Below are positions 19,358 to 27,553 of a DNA stretch of 49,423 nt, one piece after another. The first letter of the stretch is position 1. Each line of letters starts with the position of its first letter. Position numbers and translations under genes: made by a program. The notes beneath the pieces were generated by a model that saw nothing but the letters and a program-made list of their open reading frames with translations, was not told where the DNA came from and did not search any database. This DNA comes from Alphaproteobacteria bacterium (GTDB taxonomy: Bacteria; Pseudomonadota; Alphaproteobacteria; DATDPM01): assembly GCA_035292745.1 (NCBI GenBank), contig DATDPM010000011.1:1-49423 (forward strand), written 5' to 3'.

Positions 19358-20698
19358 CTAGCGCTCGCGCATCGCCCGCTGACGGGCCTTCAGGATCGGC
19401 TTCAACAGATAATCGAGCACCGTCTTCTTGCCGGTCAGGATGTCGGTTTGCACCGTCATGCCCGACATGATGGGCAGCGGGTGCTCCTCGGTGCCCAGGA
19501 AATTGCGCTTGGTGCGGAGCCGGATGCGATAGAACTTCTCGGCGCCCTTTCCGGGCGTTTCGTCGGTGATCGTGTCGGCGCTGATATCCTCGAGCGTCGC
19601 CGGCAGCCCGCCGTAGATGGAATAATCATAGGCCGTGACCTTGACGGTCGCGTCCAGGCCGGGGCGCAGGAACGCGACGTCCGAGGGGCGGATTTTCGCC
19701 TCGATAAGCAGCGTGTCCTCGATCGGCACGATTTCGACCAGGTCCTGGCCGGGGCGGATCACGCCGCCGATGGTGTTCACCAACAGCTGCTTCACCGTGC
19801 CGCGCACCGGCGAGCGCACGTCGGTGCGCGTCACCTTATCCTGCTGGGCCGAGACGTTCGCCTGGATGACCGACAAAGTCGCCCGGGCGTCGTTGAGTTC
19901 CTTCAAAGTGTCGGAGCGGAAACGCTGGACGCGTTCGCTGATGCGCCGGCTCGCTTCGGCCAGCGCCGACTTGACGCGCGGGATCGAGAGCTCGGTTGCC
20001 TGGGCGTCGCCCTTGAGGTCGTTGACCTGACGTTTCAATCGCAGCAGGTCGATCTGCGGAGCCACGCCCTTCTCCACCATGGGCGCGGTCATTTCCAATT
20101 CTTGTTCCGCGAATTGAAGCGAGCCCTGCAGCTTGTCGAACCGCCCCTGGAGCTCCACCAGCTCCTGGCGGCGCTGGTCTTCCTGGCGGCGCAGGATATC
20201 GAGTTCGGCGTCGAGCCCGGCTTTGCGCGACTGGAACAGCTCTTGTTCGCGCTTGGCGATTTCGGGCGCCTCCGCCGAAACCTCTTTGGGGAACGGGATC
20301 AAGTCCTTGCCCGTCGTCTCGGCCTCCAGGCGCGCGGTGAGGCCGGAGAGCGCGAGCCACCGCGCGCGGCTTTCCTTGAGGTCGGAGGCGGCGACCACGT
20401 TGTCGATCTTGAGCATAACCTGCCCCTTCTCGACGAGCTGGCCCTCGTGGATGTTGATCGCGGCGACGATGCCGCCTTCCAGGTTCTGCACCACCTGCAC
20501 CTGGCCCGACGGAATAACGCTGCCTTCGCCGCGCGTCACCTCCTCGAGTTCGGCCGAACGCGCCCACAGGTAGAAGGTGACGAAGAAGACGACGATGACG
20601 ATGAGCAGAATATGCGCAAACCGGTGCGCGCCGCGTTTGGTGGCGCCGTGCACCTCCGGCATGAAATCGGCGTCTTCCCAAATTCTGGGGTTGACCAC
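19358..20698 (-). CDS. HlyD-family type I secretion periplasmic adaptor
   Basis: N-terminal TM, GEGSVIPSGQVQVVQNLEGGIV lipoyl-like hairpin, long coiled coil, and C-terminal beta-barrel region. GTG start with SD GGGAGGA upstream. Confidence 0.9.
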   Translation of the reverse strand: MVNPRIWEDADFMPEVHGATKRGAHRFAHILLIVIVVFFVTFYLWARSAELEEVTRGEGSVIPSGQVQVVQNLEGGIVAAINIHEGQLVEKGQVMLKIDNVVAASDLKESRARWLALSGLTARLEAETTGKDLIPFPKEVSAEAPEIAKREQELFQSRKAGLDAELDILRRQEDQRRQELVELQGRFDKLQGSLQFAEQELEMTAPMVEKGVAPQIDLLRLKRQVNDLKGDAQATELSIPRVKSALAEASRRISERVQRFRSDTLKELNDARATLSVIQANVSAQQDKVTRTDVRSPVRGTVKQLLVNTIGGVIRPGQDLVEIVPIEDTLLIEAKIRPSDVAFLRPGLDATVKVTAYDYSIYGGLPATLEDISADTITDETPGKGAEKFYRIRLRTKRNFLGTEEHPLPIMSGMTVQTDILTGKKTVLDYLLKPILKARQRAMRER

Positions 20699-20746
20699 GT
20701 CGTCCTCCCTTGAGCGTCGCTTGCGCTTGAAGCTCGCGCGCGATTG

Positions 20747-23131
20747 TTAGACTGCGGTCCGGATCTTGCCCGAGCTCAGGGCCTGCAGGACTTTGTCCTT
20801 GTCGCCGTCGGCCACCACCTTGCCCGAGTCCACCACGACAAGTCGGTCGACCAGCGTGAGCAGGCTCGCGCGATGGGTAATGAGCACCAGCGTCTTGCCC
20901 GGCAACACCTCCTTGAGGCGCTGTTTGAACAACTCTTCCGAACGGTTGTCCATCGAGCTCGTCGGTTCGTCCAAAATGATGATCGGCGGGTCGATGACCA
21001 GCGCGCGCGCGATCGCGATCGTCTGCCGTTGTCCGCCCGATAGCGTCATGCCGCGCTCGCCCACCGGCAGGTCGAAGCCGAGCGGGCTGTGGCGAATGAA
21101 GTCCTCGACCCCCGCGATCCGCGCCGCCTTCAGAATCGCCGCGTCATCGACATAGGGCGCGCCCAGCGCGATGTTGTCGCGCACCGAGCCGAAGAAAAGA
21201 TACACGTCCTGCGGCACGCAACCGACGCTGCGGCGCAAATCCGCAGGATCGATCTGCCGCAAATCGGTGCCGTCGATCATCACGGCGCCGTCGGTCGGCT
21301 CGTAAATGCCGATCATGAGCCGCTCGATCGTGCTCTTGCCGCAGCCGATGCGGCCGATGATGCCGACCCGTTCGCCCGGATTGATGCGGAACGAGACCTT
21401 GTCCAGCGCCTTGGTTTCCTGACCGGGGTAGCGGAACACGACATCCTTGAATTCGATGCCGCCCTCGAAGGTCGGACGATGGAGGAACGCCTTGCCGACG
21501 GGCCGCTCGACGGGCGTTTTCATGATCTTGTCGAGGGCGGACAGCGACGCCATGGATTGGTGATAGCGGGTGAGCAGCCCCGCGATCTGCGCCAGCGGCG
21601 CCATGGACCGGCCCGAGAGGATGGTGCAGGCCACCAATGCGCCCACGGTCATCTCGCCTTGCGAAATCTGATAGACGCCGAGAATGACGACGCCGACGGT
21701 GACCAGATTCGCGGACAGCAGCGTGAAATTGACGCCGACCGCGGAAAGCAGGCGCGCCCGCATGCTCGATTTGGCCGTCAGCCCGACGAAGCGCTCCCAA
21801 TTGCGTTGAAGCCGGCTTTCCGCGCGCGTGCTCTTGACGGTTTCGATGCCGCCGATCGCTTCGACGAGAAGCGCATGCTTCTGCGACGCCTCGCGGAAGG
21901 TCTGGCGTACCGCCGTGTTGAGCGGCATCTGCAACACGAGACCGATCGCGATCACGATCGGCACGGCGACGAGCGGAACGATGGCCACCGGCCCGCCGAC
22001 GTAAAGAATGATGGTGATAAAGAGGAACACGAACGGCAAGTCGATGAGGGTCACCATCGTCGCCGAGGTGAAGAAGTCGCGCAGCGTCTCGAATTCGCGC
22101 AACTGGCTTGCGAGCGCGCCCGAGGAGGATGGCAGGCTGTCCATGCGCATGCCCAGCACTTGCTCGAAGATGCGGCTCGAAATCACGACGTCGGCCTTCT
22201 TGCCGGCGACGTCGACGAAATAGCCGCGTAGCGTGCGCAACGTGAAATCGAAGCCAAAGACGGTGACGGCGCCCAACGCCAGCACCCACAGCGTCTCGGT
22301 CGCGTTGTTCGGAACCACGCGGTCGTAAACGTTCATGATGAAGAGCGGGCTCGCGAGCGCGAACAGGTTCACGAGGAAGGCGGCGAACACCACTTCGCTG
22401 TAAATCCGCCACGAGGTCGCAATGGTGCCCCAGAACCAGGCACGCGCGCGGGGCTTGGCGAGCGAATCCGTGCGCGCATCGAATCGGTATTGGGGCCGTG
22501 CGAAAATCGCGATGCCCGTGTAGATCTTTGCCAGGTCGTCGATCGAAACGCGGCTGACGCCTGCCCCGGTCTCGGGGAACACGACCTCGGCCTTGTCCTT
22601 GCCCGTGAATTTGACGAGGAGACAGGCCCTGCGGTCCTCGATCAGCAGCACGCACGGAAGCGTCAGCGGCGAGATGTCGCGCAAACTGCGCTTCACCGTG
22701 CGCGCGGAAAGCGCCGCGCGCTCGGCGGCGCGAATGAAGAGATCGGGCGTCAGGACATTGTCGGACAGCGGCAGGCCGGCCTTGAGCGCCTCGGCCGACA
22801 TCGGATGACCGTGAATGGCGGTGAGCATCGCCAGGCAGTCGAGTAACGGATCGTCGCGCGAGACCGAGACCCCGGGCTCTTTCGCTTCGGCGGCATCCTC
22901 CGCCTTTGCTTCGCCGGAAACGACCACGAGTTTCGGTTCGTCGCGGGGGTCCGCGCCTGCCGCGGCCGCACGCTCGCGGGTTGCGGCCGCCCCGACGCTC
23001 GCCGCGCGCAAGGCTTCGGCCCTTGCGTCCGTCGTCTCGGCGGTCGCGTCGCGGTTCTTCGCCGCGGCCTTGGAGCCTGATTTCTGGGCCGGTCTTTCGC
23101 TCATGGCGTTTCCATTATTGCCGCTATCCAT
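20747..23131 (-). CDS. Type I secretion ABC permease/ATPase with an N-terminal C39-like domain (LssB-like)
   Basis: DDPLLDCLAMLTAIHGHPMSAEALKAGLPL ... LTPDLFIRAAERAALSAR (C39-like domain), six-TM domain, Walker A GRIGCGKST, signature LSGGQRQ, Walker B IIILDEPTS. The start is ambiguous: ATG 23131 or 23104, with the ORF open to 23218. Confidence 0.88.
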   Translation of the reverse strand: MDSGNNGNAMSERPAQKSGSKAAAKNRDATAETTDARAEALRAASVGAAATRERAAAAGADPRDEPKLVVVSGEAKAEDAAEAKEPGVSVSRDDPLLDCLAMLTAIHGHPMSAEALKAGLPLSDNVLTPDLFIRAAERAALSARTVKRSLRDISPLTLPCVLLIEDRRACLLVKFTGKDKAEVVFPETGAGVSRVSIDDLAKIYTGIAIFARPQYRFDARTDSLAKPRARAWFWGTIATSWRIYSEVVFAAFLVNLFALASPLFIMNVYDRVVPNNATETLWVLALGAVTVFGFDFTLRTLRGYFVDVAGKKADVVISSRIFEQVLGMRMDSLPSSSGALASQLREFETLRDFFTSATMVTLIDLPFVFLFITIILYVGGPVAIVPLVAVPIVIAIGLVLQMPLNTAVRQTFREASQKHALLVEAIGGIETVKSTRAESRLQRNWERFVGLTAKSSMRARLLSAVGVNFTLLSANLVTVGVVILGVYQISQGEMTVGALVACTILSGRSMAPLAQIAGLLTRYHQSMASLSALDKIMKTPVERPVGKAFLHRPTFEGGIEFKDVVFRYPGQETKALDKVSFRINPGERVGIIGRIGCGKSTIERLMIGIYEPTDGAVMIDGTDLRQIDPADLRRSVGCVPQDVYLFFGSVRDNIALGAPYVDDAAILKAARIAGVEDFIRHSPLGFDLPVGERGMTLSGGQRQTIAIARALVIDPPIIILDEPTSSMDNRSEELFKQRLKEVLPGKTLVLITHRASLLTLVDRLVVVDSGKVVADGDKDKVLQALSSGKIRTAV

Positions 23132-23896
23132 TGACGTTGCGTTTCCACCCCCTCGAAACAAAACAGGTTTGCGCGCTTCGCCCGGGACACAAGCCCTTCG
23201 CGGCGCCCCGCATGGCAAATGCCAAGCCTGGCCGCAAATTCTTGCGTCCGCTTAGAAATCCGGCTGCCCGACCACGCCGCCCGGGTCTGGCCTGCGGCGG
23301 TGCGGACCGGACGAGTATAGACGATTTCGCCGCCGTCTTCGCTCTTTCCGAGCGCCACGGCGGCCCCGCATGCGCGCCAGAGTCGCGGCGAAACCCTTCC
23401 TCCGTTGTCCGGGAGTGTCGTAACAAATATCATCGAAGCATTTCAAGACTAGGATAAAGAATTGGCAAAGCTTTCGCCGGGCTATTGCCAGCCGAGCCCG
23501 ACGTAATTCTTGACTCACACCTTGGGTCGCCCTCGCGGTCCGCGCCAAGCGGTCCGGGTTCCCTCAAGATGCGGCGAACCCCGTGCGCGCCAGTCTAGGC
23601 AGCATAAGTTAATGAATATTTACATGTTTTCTCGATGTTTCCGGGCGGGCTTACAGCACTTTGCAGCGGCGAGCAACCGGAAGTAGCGCGGCTTGCCGCG
23701 TCCGCTACCCGGCGCGCCCGGGCGGCCCATGCGGCGACCCGAATTTGATGCCGGTTGAATATGGTTTTGATGACCCGGGGGCCTCGTTAAGAATCGGTTT
23801 TCAAGACCGGTTCCGACCGCTTTAATAACCCGAATCAAACTGGTAGAAATGGCCGGGTGAGGCCTGAAAAAGCGAGGGAATTAATATATATGGCAT

Positions 23897-23925
23897 TTGA
23901 CTGTGTCAGGGAGATCGTTTAAAAA
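23897..23925 (+). promoter_or_regulatory. Putative sigma70-type promoter for tolC
   Basis: TTGACT, a 17-nt spacer, then TAAAAA, in the AT-rich part of the divergent intergenic region about 70 nt upstream of the tolC ATG. Pattern match only. Confidence 0.3.
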
Positions 23926-23993
23926 CCAAGGATACATATCAAGGTCGCGGAACTGCGCCGCGACGACGTTTTTCTGTCAGGGGCTAGGGGAAA

Positions 23994-25703
23994 ATGAAAA
24001 AGGGCAAGGGCAAGAGTGACGTGAAGTCCCTCCGCTTGGGTACGTCCGGCCGATGGGGGCTTGGAGCGGCGTTGTTGGTGGCGGCATTCGCCATCTCGGG
24101 CGCGGGGGCAGCCAAGGCTGCGTCGCTTGAAGACGCGGTCAAACAGGCCGTCACCACCAATCCGGACATCGGGGTGGTGGCGAAAGACCGCTTGGCGGTG
24201 GATCAAGAGTTGAAGCAGGCGAAGGCGCTTTATTATCCCTCTGTGGATGGTCGCGTCGCCGCCGGCTATGATTGGACGCTCCAAAAGGCGGGGGCTCTTC
24301 CGGGCACCGCGGGCCGTCTGTTCCGTAACGAAAATTCGATTACTCTCACCCAGCTCCTGTTCGATGGTTTTGCCGCGGCCTCCGAAGTGCAGCGCCAGAA
24401 ATCGCGCGTCGATTCGGCCGCGCTGCGCGTGATCGCGACCTCGGAAGCGGTCGGTCTCGACGCCGTCCAGGCTTATCTCGACGTGTTGCGTCAGCAGGAT
24501 TTGCTGCAACTCGCCGAGGACAACCAGAAAACTCACGAACGCTACCTCGAGGACATGAAGTCGCGTCTGCGCGGCGGAACCGGCAGCATGGCCGACGTCC
24601 GCCAAGCCGAGTCGCGCTTGGCCCGCGCCATCGCAACGGTGGCCGAGACCAAAGGCAAGCTCGAGGATACGCAGACCTCCTACATCAAGACGGTCGGCGA
24701 GGCGCCGGATAATCTGGTGAAGCCGGCCAACGTCGATAATCTCCTGCCGGCGACGGTCGACATGGCGGTGGCCATGGCGATCGAATCGAGCCCGCCGATC
24801 GCGGTCGCAAACTCCGACATCGGCACCGCTCAAGCGGAGTTGCGCGCGAGCCGGTCCGACTTCTATCCGAAGATCGACCTCGAGCTTTCCGAGCAGTGGA
24901 ACCGCAATATCAGCGCGGTTAAGGGCACCAACCGCGAAGAGATGGCCTTGGTCGTGATGAAGTGGAACATCTTCCGCGGCGGCGAAACCGTGGCGAAGAA
25001 CGAAGAGTTCGTTCAGCGTCTTGCCGAATCGCGCGAAGTTCTCGGTCAGGCCGAGCGGAAGGCGGAAGAGGAAGCAAGGCTGTCATGGACCGCGCTGCAG
25101 AGCGCCCAGGACCGCGTGCTCGCCCTCGATACCCAGGTTCGGGCCAATGAGAAGGTCCGCGACGCCTATACGCAGCAGTTCAACCTTGGCCAGCGCTCGC
25201 TCCTCGACGTGTTGGACTCGGAAAACGAACTGTTCGTGTCGCGCGGCGATCTCGTGACCGCCCAGTTCGTGGAGCTCTTCGCGGGTTACCGGATGCTGGC
25301 GGTTGAAGGCCAGCTCCTGAAGACGCTCGGTGTCAGCCATCCGAAGGAAGGCACGACCCACGACATGATGGCCGGATCCGGTAGCGGTCAGGAAGAGGCC
25401 ACCGCATCCGTCGAAGAGGCCCAGCCTGCCGCCGCCACGGCGGAAGGCGCAGCCACAGAGGCGACACCGGCGGTCAGCGTTGACGAGAACGCGATCGAAG
25501 GACAGCCCGCGGCGACAGAGGCAAAGCCTGCGGCGGAAGGCCAACCGGCCGCCGAAGGTCAGCCCGCCGCGGAAGAAGCGGCGCCAGCGGCCGACAAGCA
25601 GGCGGCTCAGGCCCCGAGCGAAGGCTTCAAGGATGCGTCCGGCCAGGTTTCGGACGACTCCGTGATGTCGCTCAACTTCAATCCGGTGTGGAGCGTCGAA
25701 TAA
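23994..25703 (+). CDS. tolC: TolC-family type I secretion outer membrane protein with a roughly 120-aa low-complexity C-terminal extension
   Basis: Signal peptide, SLEDAVKQAVTTNPDI, a duplicated TolC repeat structure (YYPSVDG ... / FYPKIDL ...), and a tail rich in A/E/P/Q with repeated EGQPAA. Confidence 0.9.
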   Translation: MKKGKGKSDVKSLRLGTSGRWGLGAALLVAAFAISGAGAAKAASLEDAVKQAVTTNPDIGVVAKDRLAVDQELKQAKALYYPSVDGRVAAGYDWTLQKAGALPGTAGRLFRNENSITLTQLLFDGFAAASEVQRQKSRVDSAALRVIATSEAVGLDAVQAYLDVLRQQDLLQLAEDNQKTHERYLEDMKSRLRGGTGSMADVRQAESRLARAIATVAETKGKLEDTQTSYIKTVGEAPDNLVKPANVDNLLPATVDMAVAMAIESSPPIAVANSDIGTAQAELRASRSDFYPKIDLELSEQWNRNISAVKGTNREEMALVVMKWNIFRGGETVAKNEEFVQRLAESREVLGQAERKAEEEARLSWTALQSAQDRVLALDTQVRANEKVRDAYTQQFNLGQRSLLDVLDSENELFVSRGDLVTAQFVELFAGYRMLAVEGQLLKTLGVSHPKEGTTHDMMAGSGSGQEEATASVEEAQPAAATAEGAATEATPAVSVDENAIEGQPAATEAKPAAEGQPAAEGQPAAEEAAPAADKQAAQAPSEGFKDASGQVSDDSVMSLNFNPVWSVE

Positions 25704-25728
25704 CGCCCCGCGCTGCATAGCACGACGA

Positions 25729-25760
25729 ACGGGCGGCTTTCGGGCCGCCCGTTTCGTTTC
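25729..25760 (+). terminator. Rho-independent terminator after tolC
   Basis: Stem ACGGGCGGC / GCCGCCCGT with a 6-nt loop, followed by TTCGTTTC. Confidence 0.6.
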
Positions 25761-25970
25761 GGCCTCCCGGTATTTTCGGGGCGTCGGCCCCAGGGTCGGC
25801 CCCGAGAGAAGCCAAGCCGGTCCCGGCGGTGTGCCGGGCGGCAACGGCGTATGATGCCCGTGGGTTTGGGGGCCGCTTGCCGGGAACCAGGACGGCGTCC
25901 TTGTCTCTCGTTTTCTCAAGCGGTGGTAGAGGAATGCCGAGGATACACAAAAAAGTCACGGCAAATCTCT

Positions 25971-25997
25971 TTGATTTTTTTAGAGTTTGTTTATACT
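25971..25997 (+). promoter_or_regulatory. Putative promoter for the acidic-protein gene
   Basis: TTGATT, a 15-nt spacer, then TATACT, inside a locally AT-rich stretch. Pattern match only. Confidence 0.3.
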
Positions 25998-26086
25998 TAT
26001 GGTACTAGGGTTGGTTACGTCCCAATGAAAGTCCCGGTCGGGGCGGCAAATGCGGGCGGAATCAAAGACGTAACGGCGGCTTGGTC

Positions 26087-26518
26087 ATGAGCGAAAAAGG
26101 CACGATTGCGAATCCGATCATCGGAACGTTGCACGACGTCCCGACGGACGATCTCAGCGGCTTCGTGGCGCTGCCCGCGTCGAGCGATGCCGCGGCCTCG
26201 CTCGCGGATGTCGTGGCTCAGGGCGTGGGCGGCGAAGCCCTAACCTTCGATTCGGCCGATGTCGAAGATCAGATGGTCCTTGCGCTCAACGATCTTCTTC
26301 CCGATTCGCGCGGTGAGGTCGTCCTTTTCAATGAGGCCGGTCCGCTCTCCGTCAACATCATGACCGATAGCCGCGTGACCGAAACCGGCACCGCCGATCA
26401 TTACGTGACGACGGCGGGCGTGGATGTCACCGGATATTACTTCTGCACCTTCGAGGCGGGCCTCACCATTTATTACCCGCCCGAGATCGACCTTCTGGTC
26501 ACGGCGGATCACGCCTAG
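26087..26518 (+). CDS. Hypothetical highly acidic 143-aa protein. No family recognised.
   Basis: By hand count there are 23 Asp/Glu versus 3 Lys/Arg. There is one Cys and no signal peptide, TM segment or RTX nonapeptides. Codon third positions are GC-biased as in neighbouring genes. The gene sits immediately downstream of tolC. Confidence 0.65.
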   Translation: MSEKGTIANPIIGTLHDVPTDDLSGFVALPASSDAAASLADVVAQGVGGEALTFDSADVEDQMVLALNDLLPDSRGEVVLFNEAGPLSVNIMTDSRVTETGTADHYVTTAGVDVTGYYFCTFEAGLTIYYPPEIDLLVTADHA

Positions 26519-26597
26519 GATCGCGGCGCCTTAGGGCGCCATCTCTCGCATTTTTCCCGTTCTATCCGCGCGCTCCCGCGCGGCTTTCGCCGTGCGC

Positions 26598-27311
26598 TCA
26601 GCGCGTGGCGCCGTGATCCAGCATGATGAGGCAGGAGAAATCGTCCGGTCCCTTGATGGCCGTCGCGCAAAGAAAGGCCTTGGCCACCACGACGCGGCCG
26701 GGCGCGACATAAGCAAGCTTGGCGGGAACGGCGGATGTGAATCCTTGGCCGAAGCGCGCCCACAGCTCGTCGAGTCGGAAGTGGCCCCGGATCTGGAAGA
26801 AATGTTCGACCGGCTTGCCGATAAGGGCCTGATGATCGGCGCCAAGCCAGCGGGCAAAGGGTTCGTTGACCATGCGAATCGTGCGGTCATAGGCGAGCAC
26901 GACACTGGGCGCCGGGCACGCGCCGACAATGGCGGCAAGATCGGTGGTTCCCGTCGCCAGCGACGCCTTATGCAGTTCCTCCTGCGCCGCACCCAGCCGG
27001 GCCCGTGCCTCGGTTAGGCAGTAAAGCCTGAGCGCCGCCGAAAAGCCGATTTCATTGGGATGGTCCGCCGCCAGGCGCCCGACCAGTTGGTTGAGCCTAA
27101 GCCCATGGCTGCGGGCGGTTTCCTCGAGGAACGTCCAGAATCCCTGTTCCAGCTTGATCGAGTAACGCCGGCCGGAAAGCTGAACGATCCGGTGCTTGAC
27201 CACGGCAGAGCCGCGAAGGCTCTCCTCGACATTAGACAAGTCTGGCACGGCACACACCCGAATGTGTCGAAGTCGCCTATCATTCTGTTCCAGCGGGAGG
27301 TTCCTGGGCAA
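26598..27311 (-). CDS. Ribbon-helix-helix (RHH_4-like) plus PAS domain protein, putative transcriptional regulator. The start is uncertain.
   Basis: GRRYSIKLEQGFWTFLEETARSHGLRLNQLVGRLA resembles the alphaproteobacterial RHH_4 domain. The C-terminal half is PAS-like (VVLAYDRTIRMVNEPFARWLG). The listed start is TTG without an SD. In-frame GTGs occur 19-37 codons downstream. Confidence 0.7.
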   Translation of the reverse strand: MPRNLPLEQNDRRLRHIRVCAVPDLSNVEESLRGSAVVKHRIVQLSGRRYSIKLEQGFWTFLEETARSHGLRLNQLVGRLAADHPNEIGFSAALRLYCLTEARARLGAAQEELHKASLATGTTDLAAIVGACPAPSVVLAYDRTIRMVNEPFARWLGADHQALIGKPVEHFFQIRGHFRLDELWARFGQGFTSAVPAKLAYVAPGRVVVAKAFLCATAIKGPDDFSCLIMLDHGATR

Positions 27312-27553
27312 TACTTATGACCCATGCGACAGCGGGATCGCCCAAGATTCCGATCCGAACCCGTCCTGCATGGCCCCTCGGCCCGCGCCAGGGAACGCCG
27401 CACGGGACGAGCATTCCGGGCCCGTGGACCAGCATGCGCTCTCGGTCCCAGCCCGCGATCGCGCTTGAATTCGTTAACGAAATGACAGCATTCTTATGCC
27501 ACCTTTGGAGCCGTGGCGCCGGCGCGCGCGGCGGCATCCATCGCGAGGAATCC

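Noticed and set aside
17367-20713. ORFs 17367..18980 (-, 537 aa) and 19274..20713 (+, 479 aa)
   Set aside because: These are antisense of the GGT-like and HlyD genes. They have no motifs and typical GC-shadow composition.
21089-22655. ORFs 21089..22231 (+, 380 aa) and 21144..22655 (-, 503 aa)
   Set aside because: These are antisense or frame-shifted shadows inside the T1SS ABC transporter gene, which has full Walker A, signature and Walker B motifs in its own frame.
23101-23433. 110-aa minus-strand ORF whose TGA overlaps the ATG of the MSERP start of the T1SS ABC gene (ATGA coupling)
   Set aside because: The translation (MIFVTTLPDNGGRVSPRLWRACG ...) is Arg-rich, has no recognisable fold or motif, and overlaps the alternative longer N-terminus of the ABC gene. 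The ATGA overlap alone is weak evidence in GC-rich DNA. It is left unannotated, but proteomics could revisit it.
26025-26090. 21-codon upstream ORF MKVPVGAANAGGIKDVTAAWS, whose stop overlaps the ATG of the acidic protein and which contains a Gly-Gly motif. I considered it as a double-glycine leader peptide for the C39-type ABC.
   Set aside because: There is no SD. It is far shorter than GG-leader bacteriocin precursors and lacks the LSxxELxxIxGG consensus. The transporter's C39-like domain also appears non-catalytic. At most it is a regulatory uORF.
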